IMG/VR virus record: IMGVR_UViG_3300011164_000019 | Coordinates: 10,641 to 74,640 of that record | Strand: one strand, 5' to 3' | Source of the DNA: a virus | Lineage: Duplodnaviria; Caudoviricetes | DNA length: 64,000 nucleotides | Shown here: positions 26,173-38,100 of the stretch, in pieces | Position numbering within the stretch: position 1 is the stretch's first letter | Layout: each line of letters opens with the position of its first letter | Position numbers and translations under genes: made by a program | Notes under the pieces: model-generated | Told to the model about the DNA's origin: nothing | Database searches by the model: none | Seen by the model: only the letters and a program-made list of their open reading frames with translations

Positions 26173-26736
26173 ATGTCCGATTTCGAACAAGATGATGAAC
26201 TTCAAGTACCTGATGAGCTGACCACTCTGAAGGCCCGTGCCGATCTGCTTGGTGTCAGCTACCACCCCTCCATTGGCGTGGACAAGCTGCGCGAGAAGGT
26301 AGCGGCCAAGCTCGCCGAAGGCGAAGCGCCGGTCGCGGACGCTTCGAGCGTAGCGGCTGCCGAGGAAACGGAAGGTCAACGCCGCAAGCGTCTGCGTGAC
26401 GAAGCCAGTGCCCTGGTTCGTATCCGCGTCACCTGCATGAACCCGTTCAAGAGCGAATGGGAAGGCGAGATCATCACGGCGGGTAACCGCTATGCCGGTA
26501 CTCACAAGAAGTACGTGCCGTTCAATGCCGACGAAGGCTGGCATGTGCCGCGCATCATCTACAACCAGCTGGTTCAGCGTCAGTGCCAGGTGTTCCACAC
26601 CGTCACCCTGCCGGGTGGCAAGAAGATCCGTAAAGGCAAGCTGATCAAGGAATTCGCCATCGAGGTGCTGCCTCCGCTGACCAAGGAAGAGCTGCATGAC
26701 CTGGCTCAACGTCAGGCCATGGCTGGCGGCCTGTAA
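26173..26736 (+). CDS. N4 gp55-like protein
   Basis: LKARADLLGVSYHPSIGVDKLREKV, VRIRVTCMNP. Confidence 0.8.
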   Translation: MSDFEQDDELQVPDELTTLKARADLLGVSYHPSIGVDKLREKVAAKLAEGEAPVADASSVAAAEETEGQRRKRLRDEASALVRIRVTCMNPFKSEWEGEIITAGNRYAGTHKKYVPFNADEGWHVPRIIYNQLVQRQCQVFHTVTLPGGKKIRKGKLIKEFAIEVLPPLTKEELHDLAQRQAMAGGL

Positions 26737-26757
26737 TCCCAGTACCTGGAGCGTCCT

Positions 26758-27387
26758 ATGAGTTCAACACTGATTCCCTTGTCTGCCCTGACTGATGCAC
26801 GCCTAACTGGATCTGGCGTCTTCGATGTGCTGATGAAAGCCAGCCGGGCACACCTGGATGAGGAGTTCTCCCGCAACCGGATCAAGGGCGCGGAGTACGC
26901 TCAGGTCTACCTGGGTTCGTTGACCGAGGTCCTGCAGGCATCCGTCCAGTTCCTGTTGCAGAAGGACAAGACGGATGCCGAGGTACGTCTGATCAACCAG
27001 CAGATCCTCAATGCCGAGGTGGAAAATCGCGTCCTGGAAGCACAGGTGTGCAAGCTCAAGGCAGAGTTTGATCTGTTGCAGGAGCAGCGACTGAAAACCA
27101 CGGAAGAGACGGGTCTTCTGGCTCAGAAGAAGATCACCGAGAAGGCGCAGACCGTGGGTGCCGGTGTCGATGAGGACAGCGTGGTTGGCCGTCAGAAGAT
27201 GCTTTACCGGGCACAGACTGATGGCTTCAAGCGTGATGCCGAACAGAAGGCAGCCAAGCTCCTGGCGGACACCTGGAACGTACGACGTACCACGGACGAA
27301 GGCACGGTAGCCGACTCGACCAACATGCTGAACGACGCGACCATTGGTCGAGCAATCTCCAAGCTGTTGGCGGGTGTAGGGGCCTGA
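26758..27387 (+). CDS. Virion structural protein (N4 gp54-like)
   Basis: [36 protein letters not shown]. Confidence 0.8.
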   Translation: MSSTLIPLSALTDARLTGSGVFDVLMKASRAHLDEEFSRNRIKGAEYAQVYLGSLTEVLQASVQFLLQKDKTDAEVRLINQQILNAEVENRVLEAQVCKLKAEFDLLQEQRLKTTEETGLLAQKKITEKAQTVGAGVDEDSVVGRQKMLYRAQTDGFKRDAEQKAAKLLADTWNVRRTTDEGTVADSTNMLNDATIGRAISKLLAGVGA

Positions 27388-27407
27388 TCCAGGTCAGTGA
27401 GTCGAAC

Positions 27408-27435
27408 AGGGAGCCTTCATGGCTCCCTTTTCTTT
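27408..27435 (+). terminator. Intrinsic terminator
   Basis: AGGGAGCC-TTCAT-GGCTCCCT-TTTCTTT. Confidence 0.8.
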
Positions 27436-27445
27436 AGGGGGTAGG

Positions 27446-29668
27446 ATGGGACTGTTCAGTAGCAAGAAGAAAACCAAGGTACACACCGAGGTGCAGCGAA
27501 TGGTTGAAGACAGCCAGCTGCCTGAGTCTGCCAAGTCGGCGGTAATCGAGTACATCCTCAAGGATGGCGACAAGATCTCCAACTTCCTGCTGAACAAGAT
27601 GGTAGACAGTGTGGCCGTCCGTGCTGAGCGTATGTATGCCTTTGCCAAGAAAGGCAAGTACTACTATGGCTTACCGATAGCGACGGGCATCTCCCCGATT
27701 CAGGGGCAGACTGCTGTGATTCAGACACTGACCAATCTGCACGGGCAGACAGTCTCTACCGACTACTACCGGTTCGGTCCACTCAACAGTATCCACGTTG
27801 GTTGGCAGGCCCTGGTCGAGGAGCATGGGTACTCGGTCGATCGCAACGAGATCACTCGCCTGACGATTGAGCTAGGTACACCTGTGTACCTGGAGGACAT
27901 GGTGGCGGTGTATACCCCAGCGACTGTTGAGAGTGCCGACGCAGGGACCTTGGACGTATGGGGTATTTCTCCGAAGGCAGGCTACACGCCGGAACGTCCT
28001 GCCATGGGATACGGGGGCATCAACGCGCTGGTAAGTCCCACGCCATACGAAGTGGATGAGAATACTGCTCAGGATTACGTGCGGGTGCATTACGTCTACA
28101 CGCTGCTAGGCGAACTGCAGCGAGGTACGTTCAATATCCCGGTCATTGATTCCCACCCTGATGAAGATGGCGATTACCACCATGTCAGGTATCGCGTGGG
28201 TGGTCAGGTCAAGTACTGGCGCTACCTGCAAGGCTCCGGAACCTATCCGGCTATCGACACCATCTACAACACCGACTTCTCAGAAATGGGTACCTACTTT
28301 CCATGGATCTACTATCGCCATGACAAGCAGAACCGTGTCAGCGATAGGTATCAAGGCACCGAAGCGTTCAACTCTTCAGTGAAGCTGGCGAAGTTCATTG
28401 GGGTGGATTATCAGGCCTTCGGCGAAGCCATCCATGAGAATCCTGGTATCGACGATATCGAACAGGCCATGACCATCATGGCGGTGGCTGCGAACAGTTC
28501 GGACGAGATCGACTGCAAGTACCTGTATGAGTACTTCGGCTTGTTGTACACCAGCAGCGGGGGTGCCTCTCAAGCGAGCCTGAACACACTGATGAACTGG
28601 CGTGGATACGACAATTCAAACGGCAGAACCATCAGTCTCCGTGATCGTGAGTTCCACCTGGTGTTGCAGATCGGGGGAATCACCCGTACACGTTACGCAG
28701 GCACCGTTGCCAAGGTGGGGGGCTATTCCGGTGGACTTGGCGACGGATACCACATCTACCGCAAACAGGTAGCCCGAGGGTTCTATGATGAGATCCGGGT
28801 CTATGACCTGGAGACCACCTACAACATCTGGGGCGGTAAGGCGACTTCAGGTAAAGGCGAATCAGGCAATCTGCTGGTGCCTCTGGATCGATCCATTGCC
28901 AGTCAGTTCTCGCTTCCAGAGCGGGAGGTGCTGTACACCCGGTCGCTGCACAACATCTTCAACACCCGTGTAACCACGAAGACAAAGTGGTATCAGAGCG
29001 GATGGTTCAAGTGGGTGATGGTCATCGTCGCAATCGTTCTGACGATCGTCTATCCACCTGGGGGTGCTGCCTTGTGGGCTTCGATCGCAGCCATGGGTAC
29101 GGTGTATCTGGCCATGGCCGTCATCGCCACAATCGTGATCCAATTTGCGATCTCTGCTGCTGTTCAGCTGTTCGCTGAAGCAGTAGGTGCTGAATGGGCC
29201 ATGGTAGTCGCCGTGGTGCTGGTGGCCTATGGTGGCTATCAGGTCCTCAGCAAGGCAGGCACCGTGTCGGTGGAGGCAGTAAAGTCAGCCACAGCCAACA
29301 TGTTCGTGAAGATGGGCACCAGCATCGGCAAAGCTGCCATGAGTGTTCACCAGCAAGGACAGATTCAGGAGTACAACAACGAGCTGCAGCAGTTTGAACT
29401 GTTCAAGGAAACCCAGATCGCTGAGCTTGAAGAAATTCGCAGGATGCTGGATACCAAGAGCCTGATTGACCCGTTTGAGTTTGTTGCTGAAACGCCGATG
29501 ATTGTCTGGGGCGAATCGCCGCAGGACCTGTATGGGCGAACAGTTCATTCCGGAAACATAGGCGTGCTGACGTTGGATGTACCAGGGTCCTACGTGTCTA
29601 ACTCGCTGGCTCTACCGACCTTCCAGCACACCGCAATGGAATGGACTGATCAAGAGGCCTATACCTGA
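27446..29668 (+). CDS. Virion protein with C-terminal TM segments (N4 gp53-like)
   Basis: 740 aa; KTKWYQSGWFK followed by hydrophobic helices. Confidence 0.8.
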   Translation: MGLFSSKKKTKVHTEVQRMVEDSQLPESAKSAVIEYILKDGDKISNFLLNKMVDSVAVRAERMYAFAKKGKYYYGLPIATGISPIQGQTAVIQTLTNLHGQTVSTDYYRFGPLNSIHVGWQALVEEHGYSVDRNEITRLTIELGTPVYLEDMVAVYTPATVESADAGTLDVWGISPKAGYTPERPAMGYGGINALVSPTPYEVDENTAQDYVRVHYVYTLLGELQRGTFNIPVIDSHPDEDGDYHHVRYRVGGQVKYWRYLQGSGTYPAIDTIYNTDFSEMGTYFPWIYYRHDKQNRVSDRYQGTEAFNSSVKLAKFIGVDYQAFGEAIHENPGIDDIEQAMTIMAVAANSSDEIDCKYLYEYFGLLYTSSGGASQASLNTLMNWRGYDNSNGRTISLRDREFHLVLQIGGITRTRYAGTVAKVGGYSGGLGDGYHIYRKQVARGFYDEIRVYDLETTYNIWGGKATSGKGESGNLLVPLDRSIASQFSLPEREVLYTRSLHNIFNTRVTTKTKWYQSGWFKWVMVIVAIVLTIVYPPGGAALWASIAAMGTVYLAMAVIATIVIQFAISAAVQLFAEAVGAEWAMVVAVVLVAYGGYQVLSKAGTVSVEAVKSATANMFVKMGTSIGKAAMSVHQQGQIQEYNNELQQFELFKETQIAELEEIRRMLDTKSLIDPFEFVAETPMIVWGESPQDLYGRTVHSGNIGVLTLDVPGSYVSNSLALPTFQHTAMEWTDQEAYT

Positions 29669-29733
29669 GTGGGTATGGCGAAATAATGGCACTCAGGTAG
29701 GATGCCCATCCTGAGCGCCAAGGAGATGACAGC

Positions 29734-30174
29734 ATGCGAATTATTACGTTGATGGTGGGTGTGGTGGTACTGACGGGATGTGCATCCCAGCCAGCCCCAG
29801 TTATGGACGCCCAGCGGTACACGACATTTGCACAAGGGTGGGTAGGGCTGAACCGCTGCATCGAATCGGGCGTTATGGACCCGTCAACAGGTGCGTTGGG
29901 CAAACAGTACTTGCAGGTTGAGTTAGGTGAGTACACCTATGACGCCAACCAACTGAATCAGGAAATCAAGCGAATCGCTGCGGCTGCCCCTGTAGTTCCT
30001 GCGTCGGTATGTAACCAGATAGCAGCGGGAGTAATGACGGAAAAGAACAAAATCGATGCTCACAATGCAGGTGTTCAACGAAGTGAGCGAGTGTTACAGA
30101 ACACTCTCAATCAGATAAATAACTCCAGACCAATCTATTGCAACACGGTGGGTGGAGTAACTATGTGCAATTGA
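29734..30174 (+). CDS. Predicted lipoprotein (moron-like insertion)
   Basis: Signal peptide with lipobox LTG-C at residue 16; C-terminal YCNTVGGVTMCN; own terminator. Confidence 0.8.
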   Translation: MRIITLMVGVVVLTGCASQPAPVMDAQRYTTFAQGWVGLNRCIESGVMDPSTGALGKQYLQVELGEYTYDANQLNQEIKRIAAAAPVVPASVCNQIAAGVMTEKNKIDAHNAGVQRSERVLQNTLNQINNSRPIYCNTVGGVTMCN

Positions 30175-30196
30175 TTTGATAGTGATGGGAACAATC

Positions 30197-30224
30197 AAAG
30201 GCTCCTTCGGGAGCCTTTCTTTTT
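30197..30224 (+). terminator. Intrinsic terminator after the lipoprotein gene
   Basis: AAAGGCTCC-TTCG-GGAGCCTTT-CTTTTT. Confidence 0.85.
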
Positions 30225-30284
30225 GGTCACGTCCATAATTATCTCTACACTACTCGGCGATTCATTCCCAATTGGAGTCAGAAG

Positions 30285-30767
30285 ATGCCGGGATTTGTAG
30301 ATAACATTACTGGTGCTTTGCGGAGCATCGGTCAACCTCAAACAAACTTCGCTCAAGCAGGAGGGTATTCGCCTGCTGTGTATCAAAGTCCTTATGCAGG
30401 GCTGGACGCTGCTCTAGGAAACCCATCGGTTGCCTCTGCAGCCACTACTCCTGTAGCAGGAGTCACCGATCCGACTTTCATGCAGTCTTTGTTGGGTTAC
30501 ACCAACCAGAACGGTATGCAACAACAAGGCTGGGGAAGTTTGGCCTTGGGTGCAGCTCAGGGACTGGGCAATGCCTGGATGGGCATGAAGCAGTATGGGT
30601 TGGCCAAGGACTCTCTCAAAGAGAACAAGCGCCAGTTCAATATCAACTATGAAGCACAACGGAAGTTGACGAACTCCCAACTGGAAGATCGTCAGCGTGC
30701 GCGTGTGGCTGCCAATCCAGGTGCTTACCAGTCGGTAGGCGACTACATGAACAAGAACGGGATCTAA
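30285..30767 (+). CDS. Internal virion/ejection protein (N4 gp52-like)
   Basis: 160 aa, Gly/Gln-rich, no Cys; QFNINYEAQRKLTNSQLEDRQRARVAANP. Confidence 0.8.
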   Translation: MPGFVDNITGALRSIGQPQTNFAQAGGYSPAVYQSPYAGLDAALGNPSVASAATTPVAGVTDPTFMQSLLGYTNQNGMQQQGWGSLALGAAQGLGNAWMGMKQYGLAKDSLKENKRQFNINYEAQRKLTNSQLEDRQRARVAANPGAYQSVGDYMNKNGI

Positions 30768-30770
30768 ACC

Positions 30771-32120
30771 ATGGCGATCACTTGGCGCAACATCGATGCC
30801 CCCCACGTCGGGGGTGCAGCGAGCCTGTTTCATCAGGCGGGGCAATCCCTGAACAACGGCTTCCAGGGACTGCAGGATGTACTCAAACAGTACCAGGGCC
30901 AGGAGAAAGCCAACTGGGACGCCGGCAAAGAGCAGAACACTCAGGCTTTCCTGGATCGATTGAGCCAGGCCAAGACCCCTGAAGAAATGGCTGCGTTGCA
31001 GGCATCCGGTGAACTGGATCGCCTGAAGGCTGGTTTCGGTGCCCAGGTCGATCGCACGGCAGTACGGAATGCCCTGGATACCCGTGGTGATTTCCTGCGC
31101 CAGCAGGCCACCAACAAGATGGTCTACGACAACCAGGCTCAGGACAACGCGGATGCTCCGATCCGGGATCGCTTCCTGGCTGAAGCTCGGCAGATCGACG
31201 TATCCGATCCCAAGCAGGTGGAGAGCAAGCTGAATCTGCTGGAGCAAAGGCTGGCAGATTCTGGCCTCAGCGCCCGTGGACAAGCGGCTGTAGCTCAAGG
31301 GCTGGTGGATATCCGCAAGTCGCTGTTCGGTGACTACAAGACCACTCAGGACATGGCCAACGACAAGACCCGTCTGGGCCTTGAGGCGACTCGCACCAAC
31401 ACCCAGGTGGCTGAGGCAGGTCAGCGGATGAAGTTCGCTCGGGACAACCAGGAGTATGTCCTGCAGGAACGAGCTGCCAATGCTTTGGCCTCGCAGGCTC
31501 TCGAAGGTGCGCCCGATCTTGCGACTGCCCGTCAAAAGTACCTGGCCAGCTCGGGAGATCTTCCAGCAGAACTGCGGAACAAAGGACTGAGTTCTCTTGG
31601 AACGTTGTATACCCAAGCTACGGGTATTACTCCGGAACAGGACGAAGAGATTCAGCGAATGCTTTCTCCGTTTGATGCCGAGGTCAAAGTTGCTCAGGAG
31701 TACGTCAACAGCAAGCCGACATTTGCTCAGGCAGAACAGGATAAAGTAACGGAAGGTGTGGCTATAAGTGAGGCAGCGAAACTTGCCAAGGACGATCAAG
31801 CAGGAGCAGCAGAGGACATTCGAGGAAAAGTTTCAGAGTTTCGTAAGAAGCGGGGATTGAAAGAAGATGTGAACTTGGGGGCTGTACTTCAAGAAAGTTT
31901 GCGTCGTATTGGGGTGTATGATCCATGGGGTCCTGGGGAACATGCACTAGATACCGATGCGCTTCCTGATATCATGGACCAAGTTTATAACGACTTCGTA
32001 ACTTATCAGGGATATCAGGAAAAGTTGCGTGTTGCTGAACAAAACAAGTCAGCTGCACAACAGGAACTGATGGGTCGTTACAAGATCCGCAACGCATTCA
32101 ACTTCTCTCCTCCCAAGTAA
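30771..32120 (+). CDS. Internal virion/ejection protein (N4 gp51-like)
   Basis: 449 aa, starts MAITWRNI, no Cys; directly upstream of vRNAP. Confidence 0.8.
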   Translation: MAITWRNIDAPHVGGAASLFHQAGQSLNNGFQGLQDVLKQYQGQEKANWDAGKEQNTQAFLDRLSQAKTPEEMAALQASGELDRLKAGFGAQVDRTAVRNALDTRGDFLRQQATNKMVYDNQAQDNADAPIRDRFLAEARQIDVSDPKQVESKLNLLEQRLADSGLSARGQAAVAQGLVDIRKSLFGDYKTTQDMANDKTRLGLEATRTNTQVAEAGQRMKFARDNQEYVLQERAANALASQALEGAPDLATARQKYLASSGDLPAELRNKGLSSLGTLYTQATGITPEQDEEIQRMLSPFDAEVKVAQEYVNSKPTFAQAEQDKVTEGVAISEAAKLAKDDQAGAAEDIRGKVSEFRKKRGLKEDVNLGAVLQESLRRIGVYDPWGPGEHALDTDALPDIMDQVYNDFVTYQGYQEKLRVAEQNKSAAQQELMGRYKIRNAFNFSPPK

Positions 32121-32132
32121 CTAGGACTCGCA

Positions 32133-35100
32133 ATGGCCCAACTTCCTGAGCTTCCTGAAGATATTCGTGGCATCGATCTGACGGATATCAAAAAGAACCA
32201 ACTGGCTCAGGCCAGTGAATTCAAGCGTCAACTACTGGAGGCCAGGAAGCCTCAGGGAGTCCAACCGGATTCCCTTCTGAGTCAGCACGAGCAACGTGTA
32301 GCCGGTATGCAGGCAGAGAATGCCGAGTACATGGCCAAGCGTGCTCAGAAGCAGGAAGCCTTCGACAACAGCTGGGTCGGTCGTAGTGGTGTTGATCCAG
32401 ACAGTTTCACTGCAGGTGTGATTGATGGTGGGGCCATGCTGACAGCAGGTGCCGGCTACTTGGCCGGTACTGTGCTGACTGCTGCTCCAAACACCCTGGC
32501 TGCCATTCAGGAGCTGGGCACCAGCGACGACGTGAAAGCAGCCTACACCCGGTTCAAGCAGGGTCAGGCCAGCGAAGCGGATATCGCGTTGCTGAACGAG
32601 AAGCAGGACCTGTTCACCACCAACCAGGAAGGGCTGGAGCGTGCCGATCACCTGCGCGAAGGCACTCGCGGGATCATGGACCTGTTCGACTGGAAGGGTG
32701 CGATCGATGCGCCTCAGCGTGAGCCTCTGCGCGAGGAGTTCGCCGAGGAAGCAGGTCCTGCTGTCGATCGACTGGCTCAGGCCTGGGAGCAGGTCAAGGA
32801 AGGCGAGTACACCGAAGCAGCCAAAGGCGCTGGCTGGGCACTCCCCAAGGTGGCTTACGAGATCGCCGAGAATGCGGTCCAGCATCCGGTCGGTGCAGTG
32901 ACTCATGCGCTGGAGAACGCTCCACAGCTGGCAGCTGGTGTGGCAGGCAAGCTGCCGATGGCTGTATCTAACGCAGGCTATGCCCTGGATGAAGTCCGTC
33001 AGGGCATGGACAATTACGAGCAGGACAATGACGGTGCTCGCCCAACAGGCGGTGAGTTCCGCGAAATGCTGCTGCGTGCCGGTAGCCTGGCAGCTGCCGA
33101 GCACATTGCCGATACCCAGGTACTCAAGACCCTGACCTCCCCGGTGACCAAGACCGCCCAAGTTCTGCCGGAGAAGGCAGTTGGTGCATTGGCCAAGCCG
33201 GCGAAGGCTGCTGGCACGGTACTGGGTACAGGTGCAACCGAAGCGGTGACCGAAGCCTTTCAGACGTATCAGGAAGGTGAGATCAAGAACCGTGAAGCCT
33301 CGCCCATGGACATTGCCGAAGGTGCTCTGCTGGGTTTTGCAGCCGGTGGTGCTACGGCTGCTGCATCCAAGGCGCCAGCAGATCTGTTGGGCAGTACGGG
33401 TGAGAAGAAGGAACCGGAAGTCGAGAAGGCCAGTGAGACCGGCAACGTGTCCTCGCTGTTGCAACCGGGCGCCTACGCACCGGAGAAAGCAGCCAAGGCT
33501 CTGGCAGAACACAGCCTGAAGAACGAGGACGCTCAGGTCCGTCAGGACAACCTGACCAAGCTGGGTGAGATCCGTTCTGCCCTGGAAGATGAAGCCAAGG
33601 CTGAAGCCATGGTCGAGCGTATCCAGCAGCGCATGGAATCCGCTCCTCAGGAGCAACAGCCTCAACTGGAGGCTTTGCTGGCTCAGGCCACCGAGTCGCT
33701 GACTGCCCGTCGTGCTGCACTGGGTCTGCAGGATGTACCGGCTGCCGAGCGTAAAGAAGCACTGGCCAAGCAGCTGGATCAGGTGAAGCAGGCAGAGGAC
33801 TCGATAACCCAGCTGATGGAACCGGAGAAGCAGGATCTGTCCTCGCAGATCGAGCTGGCCGATACCGTACTCGAGAACGTCACCCCTGAAGTCCAGCAGA
33901 CTGCCCGTAAGGCAGCCGAGCGTGTGGTCTCTCTGGCCATGGAATCGCCAGAAGCCCTGGATGTGGAGGTGGCTACTCGCCTGGCCAGCAACATGGCCAA
34001 CAGCCTCACCGAGCCTGAGCGTGTCGTGCTGCGTACCTTCGCCAAGGCCAAGGCACTGGCTCACCAGGTCAAAGGCCTGGAAGGCGTCAGCAGCGATATC
34101 TTCAACGGCAATCCGAAGGAAGGGTACAAGGGCCTCAACGAGTACAGCAGCAACGTGCGTCGTGCTCTGGCCTACAAGACTCCTGATCTGGAAGCCGCTC
34201 AGCACGAGATCGATGGCCTGGCCAAGTTCGTGGAGTCGCGCAAGGCCAAGCTGGCTGTGGCTCAGAAAGCCTTCGATGAAGTGGCCGGTACTCGGGATGA
34301 CGGACAGCAGTGGCTACCTACCAGGTCCGGGACCTGGGTGCCTGCTGATCGCAAGTACAGCTACGACGAGATGTACGCGATGGGTGGTATGACCATCCAC
34401 GGTGGATCTGGGAACCTGGTGGCCAATATCGCTCAGGAAACCGAAGCCCTGGAAGCCAGCCTGCAATCGCTGCAGGCACTGTACGCCATGAAGTCGGCTG
34501 CACCGGTACAAACAGCCGTGAATCAGCCGGAGGCTGCTGCACCTCAGGCCGTTGAGCCTGTTGAACAGAAGGCTCCAGTCCAGACACCGGAGCAGGAAGC
34601 CGGCATTGCCGAAGATGCCCCGGAAGCGGTGAAGTACCGCAAGACGAACAACCTCAAGCGTCTGTTCTCTCAGCAGCCAGGTAACCCGACAACCGGAACT
34701 CAGCGTCCGCTGGTGGCCACCGAGAACTTCCTGACCAAGCTCAGCCAGGGCGAAGTGAACACCCTGGATTACGTGCAGCAGGAAGACCTGAGCGAAGAGC
34801 AGCTGGGGCTGCCGAGTGCGTTCATCCGTACGGCCAAGGCCTGGATGCCGACCATCGAAGGCAACTTCTTCAAGCGGACCACTCAGGCCGGTCACAAGAC
34901 CGACGCACGGGATCACTACTACAACGACTACACCCAGTACCTGCAGGATGAGCAGGGGCAGGTGGCTGAGAACGTGAAGACCGCCATTGCGGCTGCTGCG
35001 TTTGCTCATGTGGCTGACAACGGCGGTCAGACGCTGAACGACAACACCACCATCAACAAGATCCTGGGCAAGGACAAGGATGCCTCGATCACCCCGGCAG

Positions 35101-38100
35101 CCAACCAGAAGCTGCGCAAGATCGGCACGCTGCGCAGTGCCCTGATCAACTCGCTGGGTCAGGCCGTGGTGCAGTCGCTGGGTTATCAGCTCAAGGGTGA
35201 TGCCTCGCAGAGCGAGAAGGCCAAGCTGGAAGTGGCCCTGGGTGCTCAGGCACTGGCTCTGCTGCTGGATCAGGGCATTGTCGAGCAGACCACCCTCACC
35301 AAAGGTGAGCTGGATGACCTCAAGGGCGTGGACTTCAATGGCCAGATCAAGGCCATGCGTGCAGTCGCCAAGACTCAGGCCGATCGGGATGCCATCGACA
35401 GGTTGATCGAGTCCCGCAAGAACGAGGTGGCCTTCATTCGCTTCGTGACCAACAAGGACGGCGCCCTGACTCAGGAAGCTCAGGCGATTCGAGATGCCAG
35501 CAAGAATACAGGTAGTCTGTTCACCAAGCTGTTCGGCATCGAGACCGGTCCCCGTGAACCGAGCTTCAAGCCACTGAAGTACGACCAGAAGACGGCGAAC
35601 AACTCCACCAAGCCGATCTCCGACAAGGAGCGTGCTGCGTTGGAGAAGGAAGCCAAGGCACCCTACATCCTGCAAAAAGACATGTGGGCCGTGCTGGAGA
35701 AGATCGCCAACCCGGCGATGATTCTGCAGATGGCAGGCGTGCAGGATGAGGCGCTGGAGACTCTGCACAAGACCAACCGTGACGGTGTGACCGCCAAGAA
35801 CCAGGGCCTGATGCGCGAATGGGAACGTCTGGTGGCGTTCGTGGGCGATCTCAGCCGTCAGAAGGCTGGCCAGGACACCAAGTTCTACCTGATGCCGAGT
35901 GCCTGGAAGAACGATCGTGTGGGCCTGGATTCGGCCATCAACCCGCAAACCAGCAAGATTCATCGCTTCGTCATTGGCAAGCAGAGTGCCGAGACCGAGG
36001 TTCGCTGGACTGACGCCGACCAGTCGATGCTGGACGTATTCAAGCTGCGTGTGGCTGAAGGTCTGGGCATGAAGACCGACAAGCAGGACAACAAGCGTTC
36101 GTTGGCTGCCTACGAAGCCGAGATGCAGAAGCCGGTGTACCAAAATGCAGTGGCTGCCCTGCGTAAGGCTTTGCTGGATCAGGACCTGACCTCGGGCGAA
36201 CAGCAGGCGATCGTCGAAGGCGTGAAGGCTGGCGGTGAGAACTTCCATTCGCTGTCCTCGCTGGTGGCCCAAGCCACCTACGAGAACGCCCGTGAGGCTG
36301 GGCAGCAGAAGTTCACCACCATGCTGCTGGCCGAAGTGGACGGCGTGACCAATGGCCCGATGCTGGGTCACCTGCTGTTCGGTGCCTTCCATTCGATGCA
36401 GGATGCGATGGCTAGACTGAACAAAGGAGGTTTCTTCGAGACCGGTAATGCTTTCGAGCAATACAACCTGTGGCGTGCAGCACCCGGTCAGAGTGACCTG
36501 TATGAGTCGACTGCCATCGACCTGAACGCGGTGGTGCAGGAGAAGTGGCAGGACAAGAAGTTGCAGCCTATGTACAGCGCGCTGTTTTACGTCACCGGCA
36601 AGCTGGACGACAAAGGGTCACCAACCAAGGCTGGCCGTAATCTGATGAAGCCTCCGGTGACCAAGAGTGGTTACGGTGAAGGTCTGGGCAAGACCGTCGA
36701 AACCATGGCTGAGGATTTCATTCAGCAGGTCTACGACCACATCCAGGAGATCTCGGCAGGCAAGTCCAAGCTGGAGCTGCAACCGCTGCTGTCGTCTGTT
36801 CGTCTGCTGATCAGCAAGGCCGATGAGAAGGCGGCTGCAGAGTTGGACGTGGATATGCCGATCGAGAGGGCGATGGAGTTCACCTTCACGAACCAGCAGT
36901 TCAAGGCATTGAAGTCCACCTACCTGAGCACGCTGGGTAGGGATATCACGGCCACCATCAAGGAAGCCTTTGGTCCGTTCACCGAGCGTCGTCAGGCCTT
37001 CAACCAGGCTGCCAACCTGGCATTCGACCTGTACCAGCAGCTGTATCAGTCCAAGCGTCGTGCCCTGATCGACCAGCTGATCGCCGAAGGCAAGATGGCT
37101 ACGGACGCCAAGGGTGTTCCGCTGCATGACCTGACCAACAAGCAGGAAGCTGAGCTGCAGGCTTCGCTGACTGATGTGGCTCCGATCCTGCACACCGCAT
37201 TCTCCAGTGCCAGCGATCAGCTGCAGGCCGGTATGCGTCTGGCCAAGCGAGACAAAGGCCTCAGTGATGAGGCCGCCTACCGCAACGAGGTGAAGTTCGG
37301 CAAGAAGGGCAAGAAGCCAATGGCTGGTTTGCGTGCCTTCGGCTACAAGACCGGCGAAGTAGGACCGGGCGTGTCCGGTGCCGTGGGTTCGGTTCACTCG
37401 ACCGACGCTGCGATCTCGATCAATGCCGGTGCCGAGGTGGATTCGATCAACGTCCACGATGCCCGTATCTACGGACTGAAGGATGTGCATGCGGGTGCCC
37501 GTAGCCTGAACAAGCAGACCTTCCTGCAGGCGCTGGAATACTCCCCGATGGACCAGATGCTGGCCACCCTGGAGCGTTCGATCAAAGGCCTGGCGGATGC
37601 ACTGGCTCAGGAAAACGATGCAACCCTGAACGCTGGCGTGGCTTCGCTGCTGACCAAGAAAATCGCTTCGCTGAGCGACATTGAATATGACCTTATGGCC
37701 GATAGTGGTAAAGGGCTGATCCAATTTCAGCTGGATCGGCTCCGTGCTACCGCACTGGCTGCCGAATCCATGAAGCTGGAGATCCTGGCCAACCTGCAGG
37801 CGGTCGACCAGTACGCTTTCGAAGGTGGTGCCTACCAGGTCACCGAGCAGGATCGTGCAAAGGCCCAGCAAAAGCTGGAGGAGCGTAAGCAGCGCCCTGA
37901 TGATGTAGCGGTCACTGAGGCAGCAAAGCAGATCGATGCACTGCTTGGCCAGAAAACTGCACAGGCAAAGCTGGCTCCAGTGGTACAGAGCGAACCTACT
38001 CTGGTCGATGATGCCGATCTGGGCATTCCTGAGCGTCAGGAAGATCCTGTTGTAACCACCAGTGCCTGGGGTGAGTTGGGCAAGTCGCCGATCGAGCATG

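Noticed and set aside
16895-26709. Long antisense ORFs over terminase, portal and capsid genes (e.g. 18591-20132, 24824-26173)
   Set aside because: Shadow frames fully overlapping well-supported genes
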